The notes beneath the pieces were generated by a model that searched no databases, was not told the DNA's origin, and saw only the letters and a list, made by a program, of their open reading frames with translations. A stretch of 64,000 nucleotides of DNA from Eledone cirrhosa. Its lineage: Eukaryota. A program made the translations under genes and the position numbers. Below are positions 15,280-29,012 of the stretch, in pieces (the first letter of the stretch is position 1; every line of letters starts with the position of its first letter). The DNA is taken from the NCBI GenBank assembly GCA_964016885.1, contig OZ024743.1, forward strand, positions 76,012,001 to 76,076,000. Reading direction: 5' to 3'.

Positions 15280-15620
15280 GTATGGAGAATACTATAGGGT
15301 GATAGAATGGAGAATACTATAGGGGTGATAGAATGGTATATACTATAGTGGTGATAGAAAGGTATATATTATAGCAGTGATATATACTATAGTGGTGATA
15401 GAATGGAGAATACTATAGGGATGATAGAATGGTATATACTATAGCAGTGATAGAATGGTATATACTATAGTGGTGATAGAATGGTATATATTATAGTGGT
15501 GATATATACTATAGTGGTGATAGAAAGGTATATAATATAGTGGTGATAGAAAAGTATATAATATAGCAGTGATAGAAAGGTAACTAAGGACACGTGATGA
15601 TAGAAAGGTAACTAAGGACA
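15280..15620. repeat. ~26-bp minisatellite (gatagaatggtatatactatagtggt)
   Basis: About 12 diverged tandem copies. Confidence 0.85.
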
Positions 15621-15859
15621 TGTGTTAAGTGGTGTCTCTTAAAATAACATTACTTAAGAGAAATTATCTTATCATATGATATATGTAGGAATGTATTGGA
15701 TACACATCCAAACACAATAAGGTAGATCGTGTTTAATGATCCACTAGTAAGACACTTTCTAATCAGATATTAATACAAGTTACCATTTTATAGTTTACTT
15801 TGTTATTTGTTCTATGTTCTACAGTGACATTTGGTAAATATTGTATTGTTGTCTTAGAA

Positions 15860-16661
15860 CAGAAATGGGCAACCTGTGACCTTCTATATAATTCTGAGCG
15901 GCTTTTTGAAAGGATCAAACATTTTCAACAAATCTAAAATTTTTATTATTATGCTTGTACCTACCTCTAGAGGGTCGGACGCCATGCTTTGACGCATAGA
16001 GTTACGGCCCTTGTCATTCTGAGTTCAAATCCCGCCGAGGTTAACTTTGCCTTTCATCCTTACGGGGTCGATAAAATAAAGTACCAGTAATGTATTGAGT
16101 ATTTGCTGGCCTTGTGCCAAAAGTAGAAACAATTATTTTAATGTAGATGGTCAGACGCCATGCTTTGCAACAAAGAGTTACGGCCCCTTATGGTCTGACT
16201 TCAAATCCCGTCGAGGTTAACTTTGCCTTTCATCCTTACGGGGTCGATAAAATAAAGTACCAGTAATGTGCTGGGTATTTGCTGGCCTTGAGCCAAAAGT
16301 AGAAACAATTATTTTAATTTAAGCCACTTATAGCTGTGAATCTACATTTTCCTACCTAACCAAAATCAAGACACCTTTGAGATCACAAATGGCTGATGCC
16401 TACTTCGAGGTTCCGTTGAAACTTCAGACCTCCATATTACAACCAAATATCAAAATGTGTTCCTACAACAAACAATCAACAAATTCATTAAAAATGTTGG
16501 CTTTAAAATTAAAGTTTTTCGTTTTTTAGATAATTTGTATATAATAATTAGATTTATACAAAATAATGTAGATTTTAAGAATATGGTTTCTTGAATGTGG
16601 CCTTATTATATTACAAGTAAGTTAATGTGGTCTTTCAACATGAAAAGGTTCCTCACCCCTG
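15860..16661. mobile_element. Non-autonomous hAT-type DNA transposon with 8-bp TSD, containing two SINE-A copies
   Basis: Ends cagaaatgggcaacct / aggttcctcacccctg; the direct repeat tcttagaa flanks both ends (15852-15859, 16662-16669). Confidence 0.75.
15963..16315 (+). mobile_element. Two tandem copies of tRNA-derived SINE family A
   Basis: B-box-like gagttcaaatcc, core ctttgcctttcatccttacggggtcgataaaataaagtaccag, 3' end gctggccttgtgccaaaagtagaaacaatt. Confidence 0.9.
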
Positions 16662-17074
16662 TCTTAGAATATAAAACATTATAGAACGTTATAATGTCAT
16701 ATCCAACAATTCTAGTGATACATTTACAAAACAAGAAATAAAAACCAATAACGAGAGTATAAAAACTAAAAGTATTATATATGCTACAACTACCTTATAT
16801 TGAATACAATCAGATGTTTTCATGTAATGGGAAAGAAAACAACCAGTAAGAACATAGACTGGGATCAACTGTCGAAACATCTTTAATTGTTTACTTATTC
16901 TGAAGAAATTTAAAGATAAATATTTTGTTAATTATTATTTTGATTCCCCTTAAATTTTTAAAACTTAGTGGCCTGGCCATATGTGTTGTTTACTTTACTT
17001 AAGTAACATTTATAATGTTTATTTATTGAAAACATACTTTCTTACACATCATTAGATAAAGTAGGTTTCACTAT

Positions 17075-17140
17075 TTCGTTGTTGTTGTCGTCGTTGTTGT
17101 CGTCGTTGTTGTTGTTGTCGTTGCTGTTGTTGTTGTCGTC

Positions 17141-17172
<32 letters not shown>

Positions 17173-17388
17173 CGTTGTTGTCGTTGTCGTCGTCGTCGTC
17201 GTCGTCGTCGTCGTTGTTGTCGTTGTTGTTGTTGTTGTTGTTGTTGTTATTGCTGCTGCTGTTGTTGTTGCTGTTGTTGCTGGTGTCGTCGTTGTTGTTG
17301 TTGTTGATGTTGTTGTTGTTACTGTTGATGTTGTTGCGGTTGTTGTTATTGTTGTTGTTGTTGTTGTTGCTGCTGCTGCTGCTGCTGC

Positions 17389-17422
<34 letters not shown>

Positions 17423-17455
17423 ACTGTTGTTGTTGTTGTTGTTGTTGTTGATATT
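17075..17455. repeat. (TTG/TCG/CTG)n trinucleotide microsatellite
   Basis: Direct observation. Confidence 0.95.
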
Positions 17456-17516
17456 ATTAAAAAGTATCATACAAAATGCTTTACGAAATCACCTTTGCCT
17501 TTCATCCTTCCGGCGG

Positions 17517-19822
17517 TCGATATAATAGACTTTCCTCTCTCCACTAATCGATATAACAGTCTTTCCTCTCTCCTCTAATCGATATAATAGACTTTCCTCT
17601 CTTCACTAATCGATATAATAGACTTTCCTCTCTTCACTAATCGATATAATAGACTTTCCTCTCTCCACTAATCGATATAATAGACTTTCCTCTCTCTCCA
17701 CTAATCGATATAATAAACTTTCCTCTCTCTCCACTAATCGATATAATAGACTTTCCTGTCTCCACTAATCGATATAATAGACTTTCCTCTCTTCACTAAT
17801 CGATATAATAGACTTTCCTCTCTCTCCACTAATCGATATAATAGACTTTCCTCTCTTCACTAATCGATATAATAGACTTTCCTCTCTTCACTAATCGATA
17901 TAATAGACTTTCCTGTCTCCACTAATCGATATATTAGACTTTCCTCTCTTCACTAATCGATATAATAGTCTTTCCTCTCTCCACTAATCGATATAATAGA
18001 CTTTCCTCTCTCCACTAATCGATATAATAGACTTTCCTCTCTCCACTAATCGATATATTAGACTTTCCTCTCTCCACTAATCGATATAATAGACTTTCCT
18101 CTCTCCTCTAATCGATATAATAGACTTTCCTCTCTCCTCTAATCGATATAATAGACTTTCCTCTCTTCACTAATCGATATAATAGACTTTCCTCTCTTCA
18201 CTAATCGATATAATAGACTTTCCTCTCTTCACTAATCGATATAATAGACTTTCCTCTCTTCACTAATCGATATAATAGACTTTCCTCTCTCCTCTAATCG
18301 ATATATTAGACTTTCCTCTCTTCACTAATCGATATAATAGACTTTCCTCTCTTCACTAATCGATATAATAGACTTTCCTCTCTCTCCACTAATCGATATA
18401 ATAGACTTTCCTCTCTCTCCTCTAATCGATATAATAGACTTTCCTCTCTTCACTAATCGATATAATAGACTTTCCTCTCTTCACTAATCGATATAATAGA
18501 CTTTCCTCTCTTCACTAATCGATATAATAGACTTTCCTCTCTCCACTAATCGATATAATAGACTTTCCTCTCTTCACTAATCGATATAATAGACTTTCCT
18601 CTCTTCACTAATCGATATAATAGACTTTCCTCTCTTCACTAATCGATATAATAGACTTTCCTCTCTTCACTAATCGATATAATAGACTTTCCTCTCTCCT
18701 CTAATCGATATATTAGACTTTCCTCTCTTCACTAATCGATATAATAGACTTTCCTCTCTTCACTAATCGATATAATAGACTTTCCTCTCTCTCCACTAAT
18801 CGATATAATAGACTTTCCTCTCTCTCCTCTAATCGATATAATAGACTTTCCTCTCTTCACTAATCGATATAATAGACTTTCCTCTCTTCACTAATCGATA
18901 TAATAGACTTTCCTCTCTTCACTAATCGATATAATAGACTTTCCTCTCTCCACTAATCGATATAATAAACTTTCCTCTCTTCACTAATCGATATAATAGA
19001 CTTTCCTCTCTTCACTAATCGATATAATAGACTTTCCTCTCTTCACTAATCGATATAATAGACTTTCCTCTCTTCACTAATCGATATAATAGACTTTTCT
19101 CTTCACTAATCGATATAATAGTCTTTCCTCTCTCCACTAATCGATATAATAGACTTTCCTCTCTTCACTAATCGATATAATAGTCTTTCCTCTCTCCACT
19201 AATCGATATAATAGACTTTCCTCTCTCCACTAATCGATATAATAGACTTTCCTGTCTCCACTAATCGATATATTAGACTTTCCTCTCTCCACTAATCGAT
19301 ATAATAGACTTTCCTCTCTCCTCTAATCGATATAATAGACTTTCCTCTCTCCTCTAATCGATATAATAGACTTTCCTCTCTTCACTAATCGATATAATAG
19401 ACTTTCCTCTCTTCACTAATCGATATAATAGACTTTCCTCTCTTCACTAATCGATATAATAGACTTTCCTCTCTTCACTAATCGATATACTAGACTTTCC
19501 TGTCTCCACTAATCGATATATTAGACTTTCCTCTCTTCACTAATCGATATAATAGACTTTCCTCTCTCTCCACTAATCGATATAATAGACTTTCCTCTCT
19601 TCACTAATCGATATAATAGACTTTCCTCTCTTCACTAATCGATATAATAGACTTTCCTGTCTCCACTAATCGATATATTAGACTTTCCTCTCTTCACTAA
19701 TCGATATAATAGTCTTTCCTCTCTCCACTAATCGATATAATAGACTTTCCTCTCTTCACTAATCGATATAATAGTCTTTCCTCTCTCCACTAATCGATAT
19801 ATTAGACTTTCCTCTCTCCACT
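17517..19822. repeat. 31-bp minisatellite array (aatcgatataatagactttcctctct[t/c]cact), roughly 74 copies, expanded inside a SINE-A copy
   Basis: Near-identical adjacent units with no spacers; flanked by the SINE core (ctttgcctttcatcctt) and SINE 3' end (tgctggccttgtgcctaaa). Confidence 0.95.
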
Positions 19823-19959
19823 ATCTGCTGGCCTTGTGCCTAAATTAGACATTATTACTAAGGAAGGGGAGGGGGTGGCAGAGTCCCCAAACACACTTTT
19901 CAGCGGGTTCTGTCAGAAGCAACCGTTTCCAACTAATCTGACTGGATCCCCAAGTGAGA

Positions 19960-20235
19960 CCAGCCAAGCTCATAGATGTTATCCAACCATCTTGCTCGGG
20001 GTCTACCCCTGGGTCTCCTGCCGGTTGGGTTTTCCAGTAAAATCTATTCAGCAATTCTTTCCCGAGACATTCTAACGACATGTCCATAATATCGGAGCTG
20101 TGATCTCTCAATTCGGAGAAGTAGGAGCTCTACCTGGAGTGACTCTCTGATGTTGGAGCTACACACTCTATCGAGGAACGTTACTCCAAAGACCCTTCAG
20201 AGGAACCCCATTTCGGCCGTTTGTACTCGCGATTG
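19960..20235 (-). mobile_element. RTE-clade LINE 3' RT fragment (degenerate)
   Basis: rc translates SRVQTAEMGFL*RVFGVTFLDRV.SSNIRESLQVE.LLLRIERSQLRYYGHVVRM.RERIA..ILL..PTGRRPRGRPRARW. Confidence 0.85.
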
Positions 20236-20639
20236 TATTTATTGTTTGAAAATGTAGACTCGGGTTTGCTACATCAGTTTGGTTTGTTCCAGGATTTGTC
20301 TCGTTGGTGTACATTCAATATTTCCCCTGTTGTGTAGACTATATGTAGTGTGAGTTGTGTTATTTTATCAATTGCTGTCTCTTTCAAATGTCATGTTTCT
20401 CGTGTCATTGGTGATGCAGTATTTTTACTGTTTTACACTTTCAATTATGGAGGCCGTCTCTGTTGTGTTTCTTTCTTTTGTAGTGTCTTGTGGGTTTTAT
20501 ATGAAGTGTCTTACGTTGTTATACTTTCATTCACTTGTGGTGTGTCATATTTGTTGTGAGTAGCCAGGTTGGTTTTATTTTCAGTATGGAATCTTTCTCC
20601 TAGCTGCTCTATTCCAACTTTTTCAATCTTATTATAAAT

Positions 20640-20900
20640 GGATTGACAGTATCGGTAGAACGTCGGGCATCCTGCTTCGCCGCATAGTGTTACGACCCTT
20701 TACGTTCTGAATTCAAATCCCGCCGAAGTTAGGTTTGCCTTTCATCCTTAAAGGGTCGATAAAAAAGTAACAGTTACACACTTGGGTCGATATAATCCCC
20801 TCTCGATATATTCCCCTCCTCTTGGGTCGATACCCCTCTGGGTCGATATATTCCTCTCCCCTAAAAATGCTGGCTTTGTGCCTAAATCAGAAATAATTTT
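20640..20900 (+). mobile_element. SINE family A, with short internal tcgatata repeats
   Basis: A-box-like tgacagtatcggtaga, B-box-like gaattcaaatcc, same core and 3' end as other copies. Confidence 0.85.
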
Positions 20901-20902
20901 TA

Positions 20903-21088
20903 CAGACCTGCCAACCTCTAAAAATACAAACGGGGAGTACCATGGAAAAAAGTGCCCCAAAACAGGGAGAAATGAAGCAAAATGGGGAGATTTTACATGA
21001 TGAGAGCTATACCCATTTTTACATCTCTAACCCACCCCAAATTGGGTGGGAGATCTCCCCAATGGACGGGGAGAGTTGACAGGTCTGC
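20903..21088 (+). mobile_element. ~190-bp MITE (TIR cagacctgccaac / gttgacaggtctg)
   Basis: 13-bp terminal inverted repeats; further copies at 22402-22596 (-) and 38381-38573 (+). Confidence 0.85.
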
Positions 21089-21845
21089 TATTATTTATTA
21101 TAAATCTCCGTACATTTTCAAGAGTGTTCACATTGACATTTTCCCCCAAGTTGATGTTTTTTCTCCTCCATAATTCATGTATTAGTTCTCATATGTGTTA
21201 GATAAAGAGTTAATGGAATGCAACTTTTCAATGTCCTGTTTATTGCTACAACGTTCTCATTTAATTTTATATTTATTTTTGGACGGGAGTAATAAGGAAC
21301 CGATGTTTTTGTTTAAGTCTAACCTTTTGAGAGGGGACAGCGTCTGAATTCCGTGTTACGTTATTTTGTATCGTGATTGCAATAAACCTCCGTTACGAAA
21401 TCAATTAAACATCCTCATTTCGGACATGGTTGATGTGATCTAAACAGGATTTCTTCCATATTAATTTCACATTGCCCAGTTTTGTAATGAAAACTTCGTT
21501 TCAATTTGTTATACTTCTACTAAAAACTTCCATTTGTTTTGTTTCATTTATTTCGTCATGTGTGTGTATGTTATTTAAGCAGTATATATTGTGCGCAATA
21601 ACCACATGTAATATCAGTTCTACTGAGATAGTTTCCTTTTATTTTGTTTCTATTCAAACATTCATTCCACTCTGTTTTCTTTATCACACATGCTTACTTC
21701 ATTTACGTAAATGTTTATTATTTCAAGAATACATTTTACTGTGTTAGAATCACATGTAATAAAGTCAGCTTACTCCAGTCTTTTTATTTTGTTTATCTGG
21801 CTTATGGTTTTGAATTTAAATATAATCGGATTTATTTCTGATTTT

Positions 21846-22175
21846 ATGATAAGCTGTTACCCTGTCTATGTCGTTAATCAGCTCGGGCAGGATCGATAAG
21901 TTGTTAACCCGTCTAAGTTCTTAATCAGCCCAGGCAGGATAGATAAGCTGTTACTACGTCTAAGTTCTAAACCACCCGGGCTGGTTCGATAAGTTGTTAC
22001 CCCGTCTAAGCTGTTAATCAACCCGGGCAGGATCGATAAGTTGTTACCCCGTCTATGTTGTTATCCAGCCCGGACTGGATCGATAAGTTGTTACCCCGTC
22101 TATGTTGTTATCAAGCCCGGGCAGGATCGATAAGTTGTTACCTCGTCTATGTTGTTATCCAGCCCGGACTGGATA
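21846..22175. repeat. ~46-bp minisatellite (gatcgataagttgttaccccgtctatgttgttatccagcccggactg)
   Basis: About 7 diverged tandem copies. Confidence 0.85.
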
Positions 22176-22401
22176 ACCCTTGTGGTAAAATAAGAGAAAT
22201 CATTTGGCAGAATGACTGGACAAAATGTATTACGGTATTTTATTTAACCCTCCACGTTCTGAGTTCAAATCCCGCCAAGGTTAACTTTTTTTAAAATTGA
22301 TAAATTAAAATATTATGCAAGTACTGGAACCTATTTTATCGATGAAACTTCTTCTCAAAATGTCTGGATTTATAATAACATTCTCTTCTGCGGATACTAC
22401 T

Positions 22402-22596
22402 CAGACCTGTCAACTCTCCTTGTCCGACGGGGGGATCTCCCATCCACTTTGGGGTGGGTGAGGGATGTTTTCTCTTGAGAAAATGAGTATAGCTTTCATT
22501 ATGTAAAATCTCCCCATTTTGCCACATTTCTCCCCGTTTTGTGGCACTGTTTTTCATGGTACTCCTCGATTGGGGTTTTAGAGGTTGGCAGGTCTG
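22402..22596 (-). mobile_element. MITE copy (cagacctg family)
   Basis: Reverse complement of 20903-21088. Confidence 0.85.
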
Positions 22597-22980
22597 ACAC
22601 TATCTCTGCTTATGCTGTTTTCTTGTTCGCTAATGACATTATTGAGGTTTAATTACCAACACAGCTGATATTGTTCCCGTCCCTATTGCAAAGGTTGTAC
22701 CTGCTTCAACAGTGTTTGTCTTTGTTATATGTGTTGGGGATCGTTACACATTTTCTTGTAACTATAATTGTTGTTGGTGCTAAAGTTACTTCTGCTACGG
22801 TTTGTATTGGTTGTTATTTCTTCTATACCGTTGTTACCATGCAACGTGACAGCAATATGGACGAACATGAGTGACATTAGATGAACGCAGAAACCTAATG
22901 TTCACAAAGTACAGACATCTTAAATGTTATTACAAATATACTTCTGTGTGTGACTGTCTTTGTGAGGGAGTATATATATT

Positions 22981-23039
<59 letters not shown>

Positions 23040-23660
23040 CTGTGGTTTCTGTGTGCGTGTGCTCGTGTCTGTGTATATACATATATACACACGTATTGTG
23101 CCTCATTCAATGTTCAACGGTCGCTGTTGTTTATGTAGAGGTACACAGATAAATGGATAAACGTAAAAACTGCGTGCTAAATAAAAACAATTTATCTGAG
23201 ACCAAAAAGGGCGTGTGGGTGTATATATGTATGTATGTATATATGTATGTATGTATATATATATATATATATATATATGAGTGTGTGTGTATATATATGT
23301 GTGTATGTGTATGTATATAAATATATATATGTATAAATATGTACATATATATATATATACATATATAATCATATTTGTATATATATAAATTTTCATATAT
23401 ATATACACATACACACAAATATATATGTATAATATATATGTATAATATATATATATACGCAATATACGCATATATATATATATATATATATATACTCACA
23501 CACAAATATATGTATATAGATATACATATACAAGTATACATATTTATACATACATATATATATGTGCATGTGTGTCTGAACAATGCCCCACTCCAACGAG
23601 TACTTCGTCGAGTGCTCTACCCTGCATACCAAAGTGTCGGTTAAAAACTAACACCTACTC

Positions 23661-23807
<147 letters not shown>

Positions 23808-23824
23808 CTCTCTCTATATATGTA

Positions 23825-24141
<317 letters not shown>

Positions 24142-24415
24142 CAAATAGTAGAAAGGAAAAATATGTTTTCAGTAGAAAATGTTGTAGAGATTTTTTCAGT
24201 GAAATATCAAAACATTAATTTATTTACAATACCGGTTTCAGCATTATATTCATTGTCAAATGCGGATATGCAGAATATTGTTAAGTTGCATATTTGTTCA
24301 AATAGTGATAATAATAATAATAACAGAGAAGTTATTATTATTATTAGCAGAGAAGTGTGGACAGAGAAATTAACTCTCTTCTCTGAATGAACATGTATGT
24401 GAAAATTAATTTTTC

Positions 24416-24528
<113 letters not shown>

Positions 24529-24587
24529 GCTGTTATATACATTTCCGTGATTATTGTTATGTAACATTTACGACATCATCAGACAGC
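24529..24587 (-). ncRNA. Type I hammerhead ribozyme (degenerate stem II)
   Basis: rc: GCUGU CUGAUGA ... GAAA UGUAUA UA ACAGC; perfect 5-bp stem I; next to (TA)n. Confidence 0.7.
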
Positions 24588-25032
24588 TAGAACTTGAATA
24601 GAAGAAACAGAAAAATATAAAGATGAACTAAAGCTTACTTCTGTTGATTCATTGATATACTCGGGACTGATATTTGGTGTTGTTCTCCCAAAGCATATAT
24701 ATATATATATATATGGGATAACAAGTTATCGTTTTAGGTAATCCAGTTATAGGTTGTGAGTACTCTGTACTATGGATAGTTTTAACGGACGGCGTTGTTT
24801 GACTGAACAAGAGGTTTCCTTAGTTAGATCATGCAGATCATTCTTGGAGTAATAGTAGTGAAAGAGTATTCCGATGATTTGATCAGAGACACACACTGTA
24901 TTTAAGGTCGAGTGACGCAATTTAGAGTGATTAGCGGCCTTTAGACTCACCTGACCAATGAAACAATTATTTATACTGTAAATAAAACCCTTTTTGTATA
25001 GCCGACCATGTTATTCTTCATTCTTTCACTAT

Positions 25033-25165
<133 letters not shown>

Positions 25166-25176
25166 CATATATATAC

Positions 25177-25270
<94 letters not shown>

Positions 25271-25318
25271 ACATATATATATATATACACATATATATAT
25301 ATATATACATATATATAC

Positions 25319-25426
<108 letters not shown>

Positions 25427-25492
25427 ATATATATATATATACATATATATATAGTTAAAAGAATAGAGGTGTAACACACAAGTTATTATATA

Positions 25493-25973
25493 TTGGTAAA
25501 CGGAATAGAAAATGCTGACAAATTGTTCACAGTTGAAAAATGGTTTAATTAGGAATAAAAGAGTATTAGTGATTGTATGGGTTAGTATTCAGTTGTGGTT
25601 TTAAGTTTTTAAGTTTTTACCGGTTGCGCATTTCTAAATGCTTTTCAAAAATAATTTTGAGATAGAGTGTCCGTGCTGTTTGCTCTGTTCTGATTAGTTT
25701 TGGGAATTCTACCTGTTTTTATGTTAAAAAAATGGCTCCAGCGTTATTTTTGTGTTGTAAAAATGCTTGTGGTCAAAACAATTTTGATTGGTCGGTAGAG
25801 GTCATGTGAATGTAAAAAGTTGATTTTGCGCCAAGACTGTTTTTATGTTAAAATGTTAGAAAAGTGGCTCCAGCAAAGATTATGGTCAAAACAATTTTGA
25901 TTGGTCGGTAGAGGTCATGTGGATAAAAAATTGGTTTTGCGCCAAGATTGAGAAATGACTCTTTCACAACAAA

Positions 25974-26048
<75 letters not shown>

Positions 26049-26125
26049 TAGTAGTAGTAAGGTATTCGATGCTGCGACAATAGCTGGTGGCTATTGTCGC
26101 AGCATCGAATACCTTACTACTACTA

Positions 26126-26190
<65 letters not shown>

Positions 26191-26668
26191 TTTGTTGTGA
26201 AAGAGTCATTTCTCAATCTTGGCGCAAAACCAATTTTTTATCCACATGACCTCTACCGACCAATCAAAATTGTTTTGACCATAATCTTTGCTGGAGCCAC
26301 TTTTCTAACATTTTAACATAAAAACAGTCTTGGCGCAAAATCAACTTTTTACATTCACATGACCTCTACCGACCAATCAAAATTGTTTTGACCACAAGCA
26401 TTTTTACAACACAAAAATAACGCTGGAGCCATTTTTTTAACATAAAAACAGGTAGAATTCCCAAAACTAATCAGAACAGAGCAAACAGCACGGACACTCT
26501 ATCTCAAAATTATTTTTGAAAAGCATTTAGAAATGCGCAACCGGTAAAAACTTAAAAACTTAAAACCACAACTGAATACTAACCCATACAATCACTAATA
26601 CTCTTTTATTCCTAATTAAACCATTTTTCAACTGTGAACAATTTGTCAGCATTTTCTATTCCGTTTAC

Positions 26669-26671
<3 letters not shown>
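25493..26671. repeat. ~1.18-kb near-perfect palindrome (arms ~585 bp, 5-nt loop tggtg)
   Basis: Arms look identical by eye apart from (GT)n/(AC)n length; the whole is embedded in (TA)n. Confidence 0.9.
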
Positions 26672-26711
<40 letters not shown>

Positions 26712-26748
26712 TATATATATATATATATATATACATATATATATACAC

Positions 26749-26816
<68 letters not shown>

Positions 26817-27103
26817 GTGTGTGTGTGTATTCTTTTGCTCTACTACGTGTTCCAGCCGACAATCTGTGGTCAGGTTGGGACACCGCCATTGAAAAGAAAA
26901 TTAAAATACATAAGAGGTCTCCTAGGGTAAACCAAACCACAAGTGAGCTATAGAGGCAATTACGCACGTACACACACACACACACGCACATATATATATA
27001 TATATATATGTACGTATGTGTGAGTTTGCGTATGTATGTGTCATTCCAGGGTTAAGTCTCACTGTTAAGACATCTATCTATCCCCCCTCTCTCTCCTCAC
27101 TCT

Positions 27104-27157
<54 letters not shown>

Positions 27158-27203
27158 CAAAATATTAACACATGAAAGATATTCACATAATCAAAGTATA
27201 TGC

Positions 27204-27264
27204 TTTATTATATATATTTCAAAGGTACTGTGTTGTTTTTTTCAGTACGTCTTCATCAGATAAA
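27204..27264 (-). ncRNA. Type I hammerhead ribozyme (family B) in the inverted pLTR
   Basis: rc: UUUAU CUGAUGA AGAcGUACUG .. CAGUACcUUU GAAA UAUAUA UA AUAAA. Confidence 0.82.
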
Positions 27265-27484
27265 ATATATGATTTGATATATGACATACCGCTGCGGTCA
27301 TGATTATACAATTCCAGTATTGGCAGTGATATATTTCATCAAATCTCAATGTTTATATACCACAAATAATATGATAAACTTAAATAAGAAAAGGACGTAG
27401 AGCAAATTAGGGATATGAGAGAGGGTGTAAATAGGAGGAAAGGCAAGAAAAAAAAAATGTAAATACATACATAAATAGATAAAA

Positions 27485-27660
27485 TAATTGTTTCTACTTT
27501 AGGCACAAGGCCAGCAATTACCCAGTACATTACTGGTATTTTATTTTATCGACCCCGTAAGGATGAAAGGCAAAGTTAACCTCGGCGGGGTTTGAACTGA
27601 AACCGTAAAGGGACGTAACTATGCTAGAAAGCATGGCGTCCAACCCTCTACCGATTCACT
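27485..27660 (-). mobile_element. SINE family A inserted in the inverted pLTR
   Basis: SINE-A core on the minus strand; absent from the sister arm near 30600-30650. Confidence 0.85.
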
Positions 27661-28822
27661 AAAATAATGAGTGAGTAAAAGAAATATATAAAAAAGAAAA
27701 GAGGAATAACGACAAAAGATGGAAAGTGTAAGGAAAGTAAAGGAAACAGAGGGGGAGGGGGGTAAAGAAAAATAAAGAAAAATATAGGAAACATCAAATA
27801 GGGGGGGATAGAGAAAAAACCGTTGTTTTCAAATGCTAGATCAAATATGACATCCAATCAATTCAACTAAACAGTATTTGATTATGCATTAGCTAATTAT
27901 ACTTATATATTATATCAAAATTAATCAGTATAGATTATTTTCTATAGCAATCACATATATCGTTTGATTAAAAATTTATATAATTTAATTTAACTCATTA
28001 TAAATTATTATTTTTAATTTTAAGGTAAGATATTCTATAAATATTTTGTTACAACTTTAAAAGAATTAATTTTGAAAGCGTATTTAAATAATTATTACAT
28101 ATGCATTAAAATCTAATACCATACATAAATCAGCATCAAAACATATAATAGTGAATTAAAACATAATATTAGTGAATTAAATAGAGTAAAAAGTAATTAT
28201 AGAATTTTAAAAACATTATGACCTGAAATTAGAAGTAAAAAAATAATAACAAAATAGTTAATTTTTTAGACGTGACTCTTAATTTGAACTCAGGCTTTTA
28301 TTATCCTTTCCATAAACTCAATGAGAATTTAAATTATGTTAGTTTTTATTCTAATCATCTTAAAAGTGTTAATAATGCAATAGTCAACAGTGTACAACAA
28401 CGAATATCCAGGCTATCTGCTAATAGATCCATATTTAATAGTAAGGCTGTATATTATAATGAAGCGTTACACAAAGCTGGATATAACAATAATATTGAGT
28501 ATATAGAAAAAATACTGAAAATAACATTAATTATAATCACACTAATCATAATACAAATGAATATAAAAACAACTTGAGGAATAAATCGGGGAAAAAACAA
28601 GAACTAGATCTATAATTTGGTATACTCCGCCAGCATCTTTAGCTATTAAAACACCGGTAGCACACTTATTTTTTAAAGCCCTGGATAAATACTTCCCTAG
28701 GACACATAAATATTACTCTATTTTCAATAGACACACAGTTAAACTTGCTCAAAATATAGCAAAAATAAATAGTAAAAATCTTAATTTGAACCAACCTTTA
28801 ATTAGCAATAATAACAATAATA

Positions 28823-29012
28823 ATTGTTTCTACTATTGGCACAAGGCCAGCAATTAACCAGTACATTACTGGTACTTTATTTTATCAACCGGGTAAGGAT
28901 GAAAGGCAAAGTTAACCTTGGCGGGATTTGAACTCAGAATGGCAAGGGCCGTAACTCTATGGGTCAAAGCATGGCGTCCGATCCTCTACCGATACTGCGA
29001 ATCCACCGCCCT
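28823..29012 (-). mobile_element. SINE family A inserted in the (AAT/AAC)n linker of the PLE ORF
   Basis: Full head to tail on the minus strand, flanked by aataataacaataat-type repeats. Confidence 0.88.

Noticed and set aside
17517-19822. CRISPR-like array
   Set aside because: Units are contiguous with no unique spacers, there are no cas genes, and the context is eukaryotic.
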